Shown: positions 18,574 through 28,100 of the stretch, piece after piece
Layout: the number at the start of each line of letters is the position of its first letter
Numbering within the stretch: the stretch's first letter is position 1
Virus record (IMG/VR): IMGVR_UViG_3300010334_006426
Location: 32,001-96,000 of that record
DNA length: 64,000 bases
Origin: a virus
Direction: 5' to 3' (one strand)
Program-made: the position numbers and the translations under genes
The notes under the pieces: model-generated
The model's database searches: none
The model's input: only the letters and a program-made list of their open reading frames with translations
What the model was told of the DNA's origin: nothing

Positions 18574-18597
18574 CAATAAAGGAGAATAAATAATTTT

Positions 18598-19149
18598 ATG
18601 GCAGACGTAAAACAACTTATTGCAGATTTTTACAGAGTAGCTTCCGCTAGAGACTTCCAGCGTGATATTCAATTTCGTGTATTGAGTATTACCCCTGGCG
18701 GTACAACAGTAACATTTGATGAAAATGATCTAGTATATGCAAAGGCTGCGTCGCTACCCGCGCGCTCTATTACAGCAGTAAATGCAAAATATATGGGATT
18801 AAATTTTAATCTACCAGGTGTTGCTACATATCCCGGTAGTGAAGGTTATATACTTAATTTCTATAATGATGCTAAGAATAATCTTCGCCAGAAATTTGAA
18901 GATTGGACACGTGATACCTTTAATGATGCTAACAGCACTGGTAATTACTTCACCCCAACACAATCGAGTACAATTGACTTAGTACAGCTCGATACACAAA
19001 TGAACAGGGTTGCGCAATATCAACTTGTTGGTGTTAGTATTCGCAATGTCGGTGCAATCGAATATCCAATAGGCGATGGTACAGGGCAGATTGTCAATTT
19101 CCCAGTAACTCTTGCTTATCATTACTTTACTCGTAAGCAAGTTTCTTAA
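18598..19149 (+). CDS. 19: Tail tube protein (gp19)
   Basis: Follows the sheath; KAASLP, LRQKFEDW, QLD, FPVTLAY. Confidence 0.85.
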   Translation: MADVKQLIADFYRVASARDFQRDIQFRVLSITPGGTTVTFDENDLVYAKAASLPARSITAVNAKYMGLNFNLPGVATYPGSEGYILNFYNDAKNNLRQKFEDWTRDTFNDANSTGNYFTPTQSSTIDLVQLDTQMNRVAQYQLVGVSIRNVGAIEYPIGDGTGQIVNFPVTLAYHYFTRKQVS

Positions 19150-19179
19150 TAGAAAATTAAATTTGCCATAAATATTTGA

Positions 19180-20118
19180 ATGGCATTATCTAATCCAATT
19201 ACCGACGCTTTTCAGGGCTTAGCATCTAATACAGTTGGTATTGGTAGAGGAATAAACCCCTTAAGTCAGCCACAAATTACAGACATTCTCGGGTTTAATA
19301 TACCTGGCGTCCCATTAATCAGTACAAGAGATTATTTCCTTCTTCAACTTCAAAGCTGGCTTACGGCTATACCGTTACAAACACAATGGATTGCAGTTAT
19401 AGACAGTTTTCCATATTGCTTAAGAACTGAAATACTTCAAAATATGGAACGTTCTGATGGCGGTAAAAAAAGCTATGATATAGATCGAGCTAAAGCAATT
19501 TTAACTAGCTATCCATTTCAAAAAGTAATAGGTTGTGTATTTGCACAAGGGGCTTTCGTACCTGGCGAGCAGCTAACAGTTAGAGACACTGCTTTAGATA
19601 ATAACAGAGGATTTATACCTGGAATAGTTGCTGAAAAAAGAGTGGGATATAGCGGGTCACCTTTGAGATTAGATTTCTTAGAAACCAATACAAGTATAGT
19701 TGATTTTATCTTCAGGCCCTGGGTAATGTTAGCTAGTCATTATGGGTTAGTCGCTAGACCAAATGATATGCCAGGCAGCAAAGATTTTTATAACGTTAAG
19801 TCAAACATAACACTTCTTTGCTATACAAGAAGCTATCAAAACGTAAGTCAAATTCCGCGAAAAGTTTTTACTTTTTATAATGTCGTCCCCACTTTAATCA
19901 ATAATTTTACATTAGACTATAAAGAAGAACCTCAACAAGCAACTGCCTATAGCGTTAATTTTACTTATACAAACTATACTATTCAAAATAGTATGTATTT
20001 CCCTATTGCGGATATCATTAAGACAGTTTCTAATGCAGCGAATGGCAGCTATTCGCCTGTTGTTTCGCCGCTACAGAATTCATCTAATTCCCCCGTCAAT
20101 GTAGGTGGCTTTTTCTAA
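19180..20118 (+). CDS. Tube-fold baseplate protein (gp54-like tube initiator)
   Basis: LDFLET..FRPW, FYNVVPT, VNFTY tube-like motifs; position after gp19. Confidence 0.5.
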   Translation: MALSNPITDAFQGLASNTVGIGRGINPLSQPQITDILGFNIPGVPLISTRDYFLLQLQSWLTAIPLQTQWIAVIDSFPYCLRTEILQNMERSDGGKKSYDIDRAKAILTSYPFQKVIGCVFAQGAFVPGEQLTVRDTALDNNRGFIPGIVAEKRVGYSGSPLRLDFLETNTSIVDFIFRPWVMLASHYGLVARPNDMPGSKDFYNVKSNITLLCYTRSYQNVSQIPRKVFTFYNVVPTLINNFTLDYKEEPQQATAYSVNFTYTNYTIQNSMYFPIADIIKTVSNAANGSYSPVVSPLQNSSNSPVNVGGFF

Positions 20119-20137
20119 ATTTTTTGTTTAATAATAT

Positions 20138-20965
20138 ATGGAATTTTACCTAAATTGTTGGGTACCATCGTTAAGCGGTTTTTTTAAATTAAAAGAATTA
20201 AAAAACTCTCAACTATCTATTTTATCTAAATATATTTTAAATGAAGATCATGAAGGCACTAATATGTGCTTTAATGAAATTATTAATAAAAATTTTCTAG
20301 AGATAAACCCTAATTTAAATGTTAACCGTTTTGATAAGTGGTTTATTTTAAGTTTTTTAAGAGCTACAAATATTTCTCCAATACTCTACTTACAAACTGC
20401 TAATACAGCTAACGTTCCTTGTAATATAGAGCTGTCTCTCTATGAAACGCTTACAAGATTATCAGAAATTTCACCTGTTAGTGCTATCGATGTCAAACTA
20501 GAAAATATTAATATAATACTCTATCCTAGCGAGAGTTTATATACAGTTGAACCTGTTGTAGATTCTGTTAAAGAACTAAAACATCTTAAAAATAATATTA
20601 CTAATAGAGATGAAATTTACAAGCTTTTAGGAAGAAGAGAAAATTTGAGAAATTATTTAGCGCAGCAAATGTTATATTTTGATAGTCTTAGCAATGACTT
20701 GATAATAAAAAATGAAAACCCTGCTCTCAAGCTTACGAATATACCTGTAAGAGTTTTTGATAATACTTTATTCTTTTTTTTAAGATCTATCTATCTACCC
20801 TATTGCAAAGGTGTTTACGAAAAACTTTTCAGTCTTAAAAAATTAATGAATTTGAGCCTAGATGAGTATTATCAACTTACCCCGTCAGAATGCGATATTT
20901 TAATAAGCCTTTATAAGCAGGATGAATCGTCTAAAACGCAGCATAGTTACAGTCTTCAACAATAA
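20138..20965 (+). CDS. Baseplate hub assembly protein (gp26-like with a gp51-like C-terminus)
   Basis: C-terminal LSLDEYYQLTPSECDILISLY resembles gp51/tail chaperone tails; lies before the candidate tape measure. Confidence 0.45.
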   Translation: MEFYLNCWVPSLSGFFKLKELKNSQLSILSKYILNEDHEGTNMCFNEIINKNFLEINPNLNVNRFDKWFILSFLRATNISPILYLQTANTANVPCNIELSLYETLTRLSEISPVSAIDVKLENINIILYPSESLYTVEPVVDSVKELKHLKNNITNRDEIYKLLGRRENLRNYLAQQMLYFDSLSNDLIIKNENPALKLTNIPVRVFDNTLFFFLRSIYLPYCKGVYEKLFSLKKLMNLSLDEYYQLTPSECDILISLYKQDESSKTQHSYSLQQ

Positions 20966-20984
20966 ATTTGTCTATAAATAATAT

Positions 20985-22919
20985 ATGGATAATACAGACA
21001 ATGCAGTTGAGTCAGAACAAAATATAAAAAGTTCTGATAATGTTACTCTATTAAACAACAAGGAAGCTGAATTTTCTGTGCCTAGCTCTACTGATGAAAA
21101 TATTTACTATACGTTAGCGTCATTAGAAGCTGATAGTCTCAATCGAAAAGTTTTAAGAGATAAAGAACTATACGGCGATTTAGATAAAGCTGATGAAAAA
21201 GCTAAGACTCTTTTAGAGCAGGACATGGTATTTGATATTCCTGAAATCAAGCCTGATGAAGCCTCGTTAAATATTAGCGACACTAAAAAAGAAGATGCTT
21301 TCGCGCAGGAGCAACCTGCAAATATTGAGAGTGACAAGAGTAAAAAATCTCAAAACACTGATTCACCTGTTAAAAGCGAAAATAATCAACTTGGTTCCGC
21401 AAAAACTAAGCCCGTTGAACCATCTCAGCCTACAATAGCATCTAAAGCAAAGCAGGAAGCAGATGAAATAAGACGTAACGCACAAATTCAAATAGAAAAA
21501 ATGAAATCTGAGGTCTCGCAATCTGTAGAGCCTCCTCCAAATATATATGATGCTCCTAAGCCAAGACAGCAGTCGTCTCAAAGTACAGTTAATAATAAGA
21601 ATAAAGAAAGCAAAGAAGAGGAAGGATCTACTTTAAAGAAATTTGAGGTACCACAATGGGCCGAAAACATTTCAAGAAAAATGCCTGTGCAACCAGAAGC
21701 TTTAAATGAAGACAGTTTGGCTGTAAGTAGGGAAGCTAGAGATATTAACCTGACTCAACCTGATAAATCATCCTCTTTAGAACCTGAGAAAAAACCGGGT
21801 CAGTCACAAGCACCTGTAAAATTATCAGAAACATTACAATCTAAGACTGGTGATCAGCAGCCTGTTTTAGAAAGCTCTTCAACAAAAAATATTAAAAGCG
21901 ACATCAATAAGACAGAAGAGATTACGGTGACAGATGGAAAAGATAAAATAGAAAAAAAACAACCTAAAGAAGAGGTTAAACCGGAAAAGCCAGTATTGAA
22001 TGTACAAGACATTCAGCAAGCTAGTACACCGCAACAAAATACTCAAAGTAACAACTCGGTTGATTCACTTAAAAAGTTTTTAAATTTTTTGACACCGTCA
22101 CAGCAAACAGAAGCAGCTGAAGTATTGAGTGAAAATAAACCACAACAGACACAAGATAATGATATGCCACAACAGCAGCAACCTAATATAGATAATAACA
22201 TAGAACAACCTACAGTTGTAGCTGGTCCAGAACCTGAAAATAAACCTAATATTCTTGATGAACCTTTTCAAAATAAAAGACCTATAGACAATCCGCAAAT
22301 TGCTGGTCAAGTTATGTCTATAATAAATTCAATCAACAATAATACTATAAACCCTAACTTAGATCTTTTCAATTTCAAATCTTATGTTAACAAAGGTATT
22401 AAGGAAAGAGGATTGCTAAATCAAATGCCTCAAGTTAATAATATGGAAAATCTACTTAAACAGATACCATTTCTACAGCCTCCTTTAGCAGGTAATAATG
22501 AACCTCAACAAAATAGACCTCAAGGACAGATGCCTTTTCTTGATTTTAACTCCTTTGTACCTAAGGTTGAAGAGAAGAGGCAATCTACACCAATCACTAA
22601 TAATAATGACAAACTATTAACAGATATGAATATAAACTTAAATAAAATTTCGGCCACCATACAGCAATCTCAGCAGAATTTAATAAATTCATTAAATAAT
22701 TTAAGCAATATTGCTAATCAAATCTTGAAAACAATACCTTCTATTTCTATATCGCAGGATAATAGCTCTGTAGCCTCCGGGGGAAATCAAAAAAATTCTG
22801 GAAGATTTTCACCCACAGAAAACTTAAATTTAATTGGTAATTATAGAGACGATTTAGGTTTAACACCTAGAAATTATACTACTAACACCATATTTCCAGG
22901 GAATAATAGTATAGTATGA
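20985..22919 (+). CDS. Low-complexity Q/N/P/E/K-rich protein, candidate tape measure (gp29 position)
   Basis: 644 aa, late promoter at 20973-20980, synteny. Confidence 0.4.
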   Translation: MDNTDNAVESEQNIKSSDNVTLLNNKEAEFSVPSSTDENIYYTLASLEADSLNRKVLRDKELYGDLDKADEKAKTLLEQDMVFDIPEIKPDEASLNISDTKKEDAFAQEQPANIESDKSKKSQNTDSPVKSENNQLGSAKTKPVEPSQPTIASKAKQEADEIRRNAQIQIEKMKSEVSQSVEPPPNIYDAPKPRQQSSQSTVNNKNKESKEEEGSTLKKFEVPQWAENISRKMPVQPEALNEDSLAVSREARDINLTQPDKSSSLEPEKKPGQSQAPVKLSETLQSKTGDQQPVLESSSTKNIKSDINKTEEITVTDGKDKIEKKQPKEEVKPEKPVLNVQDIQQASTPQQNTQSNNSVDSLKKFLNFLTPSQQTEAAEVLSENKPQQTQDNDMPQQQQPNIDNNIEQPTVVAGPEPENKPNILDEPFQNKRPIDNPQIAGQVMSIINSINNNTINPNLDLFNFKSYVNKGIKERGLLNQMPQVNNMENLLKQIPFLQPPLAGNNEPQQNRPQGQMPFLDFNSFVPKVEEKRQSTPITNNNDKLLTDMNINLNKISATIQQSQQNLINSLNNLSNIANQILKTIPSISISQDNSSVASGGNQKNSGRFSPTENLNLIGNYRDDLGLTPRNYTTNTIFPGNNSIV

Positions 22920-24388
22920 ACTTATTTGCATTTGAAAAATTTGGTTCTCCTAAACCTCAATATCAAGGAGCTCCTCGCTTAGTTCCCGTTGGCTCTATAA
23001 GCGGACCCGGGGCAAACAACATAGCCAAAGATAGTTCAAGTTACGGACTGATTGATGTTGTTAATAATTTTCAATGGACTACCTCACCAAAGTCATCTAG
23101 GATGGAAGTACCTGCTATATTTTTAAAAGAAAAAAGACTTAAGAACAATTCATTGTATGCGCAAGTAGCTTACTACGGCATGGCTCTTGGCGGTATTTTA
23201 GGCGGCGCAGCTGGCGGTCTTACGGCTTTAAATAATTCTATCAGGCCTTTTATGACTTCTGTTTTAGGTGGGTTTGGTGCAGGTACTTTTACTCAGGTTT
23301 TAAATAACGCCTTAGGGCAGCTAACATCATATATTTCTGGTAATGCTGGCGCGGCTGAATCTGGTATTTTTAGTTCTAATATTACAAGAATAGCAGAGGG
23401 TGTAGGTGCTATAGCAGGGTGGAACGCTACACCAGAAACAATACAAGCAGGTGTAAATGCTATTGCCTCCATATCCCAACAGTTAGGCAGATTTACTCCA
23501 GACAATTTTAATATACCTAGTCTTAATAGCGATATACTATCACCTTATGAAGGATTGTATATTACAGAAGATACAAAATTTATTTATAATATGCCTTATT
23601 TCTCGAACGAACAGAATACTGTTAATAATATGTTTGGTGATTTTGATGAAGTAATGGGTGAAGGTGGTATAGATCCATTAAATGCATACGGTACAGCAAA
23701 AAATGTAAGGGCTGCAGCAAATTTTGTTTCTGGTACAGTTAATTTCGATGCCCCGGGCATCTATATTGAAAAGCCAAAATTTTTCAATTTTAAAGAAACA
23801 GGCGAACAAATAAGGTTTAGTTTTCCTCTTATCAATACCGGATGGTCTACGTTTGAAGACGTGGTTCAGAATTGGCAATTAATGTACATGCTTGCCTATC
23901 AAAATCGCCCTAACAGAAGAACACGAGACTTAATTGATCCGGCAGTAATTTATGAAATTACAATACCGGGGGTAAGATTTTACCCTTACGCATACATAAG
24001 CAGCATGGCTATTAATTTTGTAGGTGCTAGAAGAAGAATGAACATAAGAGTACCTTTAGAAGGTGGTCTGGGAACTATTAACACTATTATACCTGATGCC
24101 TATGTAATTGATATAACATTTACTACTCTTGTATCTGAAACACAGAATTTCTTGTATGCTTGCTTACATGACAAGCAAGATATCATAACAACATCAAGTT
24201 CTAGGTCGCCTTTTGATATTTTTGGTGATGATCTTTCTAAGAATTATTCAGGCGCATTAAAACAAAATCTAAATCCCAATACACAGTCGTCCGCAAATAA
24301 GCTATTGAATGCGGCAGGAGATTTTGTACCTAGAGTCATTAATACATTTAAACAATCACCATTAGATATATTAGGAGGCGGCTTGTGA
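22916..24388 (+). CDS. Baseplate tail-tube cap-like protein (gp48-like) with a Gly/Ala-rich segment
   Basis: C-terminal FSFPL...P.IYEI...YISSMAINF...IDITFT tube fold; directly before gp53. Confidence 0.5.
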   Translation: MNLFAFEKFGSPKPQYQGAPRLVPVGSISGPGANNIAKDSSSYGLIDVVNNFQWTTSPKSSRMEVPAIFLKEKRLKNNSLYAQVAYYGMALGGILGGAAGGLTALNNSIRPFMTSVLGGFGAGTFTQVLNNALGQLTSYISGNAGAAESGIFSSNITRIAEGVGAIAGWNATPETIQAGVNAIASISQQLGRFTPDNFNIPSLNSDILSPYEGLYITEDTKFIYNMPYFSNEQNTVNNMFGDFDEVMGEGGIDPLNAYGTAKNVRAAANFVSGTVNFDAPGIYIEKPKFFNFKETGEQIRFSFPLINTGWSTFEDVVQNWQLMYMLAYQNRPNRRTRDLIDPAVIYEITIPGVRFYPYAYISSMAINFVGARRRMNIRVPLEGGLGTINTIIPDAYVIDITFTTLVSETQNFLYACLHDKQDIITTSSSRSPFDIFGDDLSKNYSGALKQNLNPNTQSSANKLLNAAGDFVPRVINTFKQSPLDILGGGL

Positions 24389-24777
24389 TTGGATTAAGTG
24401 CTTTAGGCGGGTTTAGAAAAGATATTAATCTTTTAGAAAAAATACCATCTATTAGTTATGAAAATATTTTTCGTATGTATTTGACTGAAAATACTGATAA
24501 TACAAATTTCTATTATTATAATTTGCTCAATAGTGTTTATTTTCCAGATGATATACCTAGCAGCATCTATTATGCTATTACGTTAAATAAAAGACTTCCA
24601 TGGACAGCTATTAGTTATAATGAATATAGAACTACAGATTTATGGTGGCTAATTGTCTTAGCAAACAAAATACATAACCCAGTTTACTATCCCGCACCAG
24701 GTTCAACCTTAAGAATTATTAAACCTGAATATGTAAAGCTTATATTTAACGAAATAACCGCTCAAATAAAACAATAA
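24385..24777 (+). CDS. 53: gp53-like baseplate wedge protein (LysM-like)
   Basis: ISYNEYRTTDLWWLIVLANKIHNP...GSTLRII; AGGAGG SD before the GTG. Confidence 0.8.
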   Translation: MIGLSALGGFRKDINLLEKIPSISYENIFRMYLTENTDNTNFYYYNLLNSVYFPDDIPSSIYYAITLNKRLPWTAISYNEYRTTDLWWLIVLANKIHNPVYYPAPGSTLRIIKPEYVKLIFNEITAQIKQ

Positions 24778-26330
24778 TGAACCCAATAGTACAAAATTTG
24801 TCCTTTTCGAGTCAAGGCGAACATGTTCAAATTGGCGACATGCAGTATGAGTTTAATGTTCAGCTTTATAATGGCGATGGTAATTCTATAGGGATAAAAT
24901 ACCCTAGTATAGTAGAGCTTTGTATATCTGATTTAATTACTACATTTGCCCCTGATGGTTATCTAATTTTTAATAATCCTTTAGATGCAATCGAGAGTGT
25001 TCAAAGCATATCAACAGATGTAAGAGGTATGCCTCAGCAGGCATTTACACCTTTCACTTTTAGAGGAGATGGTAGAGATTTTCTTGTTATAAATATAAAA
25101 CCCTCTGTCAACATAGGTGACAGTGATCCACTTAATACATCGGATGATAATGAGTACTCTTTTAGCTATGTATTTACAGTGTACGATATGCAAGATATTA
25201 TAACTGATGATAGAGAAGTTAAACTAAAAAAACTTTTTCTGTGTGACTTAACTTTTCAAATTTTAAATGAAAAAAATAGCTATTTTTCTACAGCTAAAAT
25301 GACAGATGGAAAAGGTAAAAGTAATACCGAGAGAAGTGCTTTTACTGGACAAGCATTAAGACAGCTACTATCAGATGTTTTATCTAAAGATACTAAGCTT
25401 AAACAATCTTTTAGTACCGAATGGGATCTTGGAAGTGAGAAAATATTTTACAGTAGCCCAGCTGGAAATAAAGCTATAGATGATTTGTATTACTTGTTAG
25501 ATTATCATGTTAGTGGTAAAGAAAATGATTATTGCCCAGCATTATTGAGAAAAAGTAGAAAAAATGTATGGGCATTAACACCGATTACTAAATTATTTCG
25601 TACCGCTTACTATAAAGGATCTTCTTCTTTTGGAGATATAGGTGGAACCGGGTTATCAGAAAATTTTATATTAGGAAAGCCTACTACTGGTGACTATGAT
25701 CCGTTAAACGTTATTGAACGTAATCCTTCCTCTTCAGTATTTGCAAATAATTTACCAGATTATTCTTATATAGAAAATTTTGAAAGTGCTAGTATATCTG
25801 CCACATCAAATACTTTAGGTGTTGCGACACATGTTGTTCATAGCTATGACCCGGCTAATAAAACCTTTTCTATAGACTTAACAGAAAATAATATTAATAG
25901 TTCTTATAACAAATATAAAAAATATTTTGTTAATTCGCAGAAAGGTGTAATGGGGTCTTCACCTAGCCCTAATATATTTTTAAACAAAACTAAGACAGAA
26001 AATAAATCAATTCAACACGTATTTAATCCCAACACAAATCAATCTATACGATTAAATTCAGGTACTAATAAAATTATGTTAAACTCAATTTTTAATAATA
26101 CTACCATTGCTTTTAAAACAAGAGGCAGTATTCTAAGAGAAGCTGGTAAATTCTTTACTTTAGAGAGACGAGACTTTGCAAATAATTCTGCTTTTGATAA
26201 TAAAATGCTAGGTACATATTTCATTACTAAGGTAGATCATGTATTTAAGAACGGTCAATATTATAACTATATAGTAGGAGTTAAGACGTATGCTGCAGAA
26301 AGCATGAACATGTCTAATGAAATTATATGA
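24777..26330 (+). CDS. Baseplate hub protein (gp27/gpD-like)
   Basis: C-terminal G...REAG...GTYFITKVDHVF motif of contractile-tail hubs. Confidence 0.6.
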   Translation: MNPIVQNLSFSSQGEHVQIGDMQYEFNVQLYNGDGNSIGIKYPSIVELCISDLITTFAPDGYLIFNNPLDAIESVQSISTDVRGMPQQAFTPFTFRGDGRDFLVINIKPSVNIGDSDPLNTSDDNEYSFSYVFTVYDMQDIITDDREVKLKKLFLCDLTFQILNEKNSYFSTAKMTDGKGKSNTERSAFTGQALRQLLSDVLSKDTKLKQSFSTEWDLGSEKIFYSSPAGNKAIDDLYYLLDYHVSGKENDYCPALLRKSRKNVWALTPITKLFRTAYYKGSSSFGDIGGTGLSENFILGKPTTGDYDPLNVIERNPSSSVFANNLPDYSYIENFESASISATSNTLGVATHVVHSYDPANKTFSIDLTENNINSSYNKYKKYFVNSQKGVMGSSPSPNIFLNKTKTENKSIQHVFNPNTNQSIRLNSGTNKIMLNSIFNNTTIAFKTRGSILREAGKFFTLERRDFANNSAFDNKMLGTYFITKVDHVFKNGQYYNYIVGVKTYAAESMNMSNEII

Positions 26331-27154
26331 GCATTACTACAGATCCACAGCTAACACAAATAAATTTATTTTATAAGAAGGATTTCTACGAAAAAGCATC
26401 CAACTATCTTGGCGCAATACAAAGTTATTCTACTGAGCTCGGTTATGCTATAGAACATTCTAAGGCAAAAGTCGCTAATGACCCTATAACAGCGATGTCA
26501 GATTTCTACGTTAAGATGGATAATAGAATGAAAAGTATGGGAGCACAATTTACAGCGCATTGGATAAAAAATTATAATTTAACATTAGAAAAAGTAAGAA
26601 ATGAAGTTGGTCTAAAAATTGGTACAGGTACTTTTTATCGCAGTTTTGGTGATAGTATTGGCAGTATAGCTAGACAAGAAACTCTTTACGATGAGAGCAC
26701 CACATCAATTCAAAATAAAGCTTTTCCTGTGAGATATGGTTCTTCTATGTCGAACAAAATACACCCTCAAATACAATTACTTTATGCGGACTTTAGTAAT
26801 AAACTTAATAAAATTTTTAATCAAAATTTACAAAATATACAATCAACAGGTTCTTTGTCTACTAAATCCCATGGAGAAAATTTAGTGCCCGACGTAGAGC
26901 ATTCAAAAAGAATACAGAGCATAATTGCAACGTTAAATCAAAAAATAAGGAATGAATTTAAGGAACTTTACAATGTAATACTTCTCTATTGTCAGTACAA
27001 TCCTAGAGCATCAACTCAAAATATTCAATTTGTTCCAAATTTTAACATTACAGTTAATGTAGAAGGTAACAACTTAAATCAAGATATACTCTTTAATCAA
27101 TTACAAGAAGTTAAGAAAGATATTGTCACGAAGACAATACTGGGACTAGGGTAA
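26327..27154 (+). CDS. Hypothetical protein in the baseplate operon
   Basis: 275 aa, ATGA coupled. Confidence 0.65.
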   Translation: MSITTDPQLTQINLFYKKDFYEKASNYLGAIQSYSTELGYAIEHSKAKVANDPITAMSDFYVKMDNRMKSMGAQFTAHWIKNYNLTLEKVRNEVGLKIGTGTFYRSFGDSIGSIARQETLYDESTTSIQNKAFPVRYGSSMSNKIHPQIQLLYADFSNKLNKIFNQNLQNIQSTGSLSTKSHGENLVPDVEHSKRIQSIIATLNQKIRNEFKELYNVILLYCQYNPRASTQNIQFVPNFNITVNVEGNNLNQDILFNQLQEVKKDIVTKTILGLG

Positions 27155-27608
27155 CATTTACTGCCTCTGCTTGTGCCTCTATAACTTTTGCTTCGTCCAG
27201 AATGCGCTTAAACACCTCATCTCGACTTAATAAAAGTTTTTCTTTTCTATCATCGTCTTTCAACATTTTTCTAGATTCAATTTCCATAATTTTTAAATCT
27301 TTTGCAGAGTCTTTCTTCATTTGTGTTACGTGAATATCTTTAATAATAGAAAGCGCACTCGACACAGCCTTTAATGCCTCAGATAGTGCTTCTACCTCTC
27401 GACTTTCAGGGTTATTCATTACATAATCCTTTACACCTTCAACTATTTCAAGACCTTGAGTTACTAGCTTACCAGTACTATTAAGTACAAAACTTTCTAA
27501 CTTTTCCCTAGGTAGATCGAAATTATTATTGAGAAGATCCTTATTATTGTTTGTATTAACTTTTAATTGGGTTATTAAGTCGTCTACGCTAAATTCTTTT
27601 TCTGCCAT
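27126..27608 (-). CDS. Probable terminase small subunit (gp16-like)
   Basis: 160 aa helical protein; NPESREVEALSEALKAV resembles the gp16 PRxxEV helix; TATAAATA 4 nt upstream. Confidence 0.5.
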   Translation of the reverse strand: MAEKEFSVDDLITQLKVNTNNNKDLLNNNFDLPREKLESFVLNSTGKLVTQGLEIVEGVKDYVMNNPESREVEALSEALKAVSSALSIIKDIHVTQMKKDSAKDLKIMEIESRKMLKDDDRKEKLLLSRDEVFKRILDEAKVIEAQAEAVNVTLVPVLSS

Positions 27609-27612
27609 TCAT

Positions 27613-27650
27613 TATTTATACCTTGAAATTAATATACAATATATTATATT
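27613..27650. promoter_or_regulatory. Back-to-back late (minus) and early (plus) promoters
   Basis: TATAAATA on minus at 27613-27620; TTGAAA-N16-TATATT on plus at 27623-27650, 6 nt to ATG 27657. Confidence 0.6.
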
Positions 27651-27656
27651 ATTACT

Positions 27657-28100
27657 ATGAGTAATGTTCCTTATTCCCCTAACATGAAGTTTGAGAAAAC
27701 TCATCCTAACGCACAGCTTCCTAAGAAAAATTTTCCTACAGATTCTGGCTGGGATTTATTTGCTGTCGAAAATACTGTTATCCCTGCTAATGGCAAAGCT
27801 GTTGTGCCCGTTGGACTTAAGCTGGCCTATCTTGAAGACGGGTATTGGCTGAGTGTTGAGTCTAGATCCGGCTTGAGCTTTAAAAACTCCATTTTAGCCC
27901 ACCCTGGAGTTATAGATCAAAACTATAGAGGCGACCTTGGTGTGCTACTATATAATCATAGCAGCGCGGATTATAATGTTTCAGCAGGTGAGAGAATAGC
28001 CCAGCTGGTATTACACTATAATATACAAATTAATGTTGATTGGGGTGCTATTCAACTGACGGATAGAGGCGAAAAAGGATTCGGAAGTAGCGGTAAATGA
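27657..28100 (+). CDS. dut: Trimeric dUTPase
   Basis: SGWDL, SRSGL, GVIDQNYRG, RIAQL, RGEKGFGSSG. Confidence 0.95.
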   Translation: MSNVPYSPNMKFEKTHPNAQLPKKNFPTDSGWDLFAVENTVIPANGKAVVPVGLKLAYLEDGYWLSVESRSGLSFKNSILAHPGVIDQNYRGDLGVLLYNHSSADYNVSAGERIAQLVLHYNIQINVDWGAIQLTDRGEKGFGSSGK

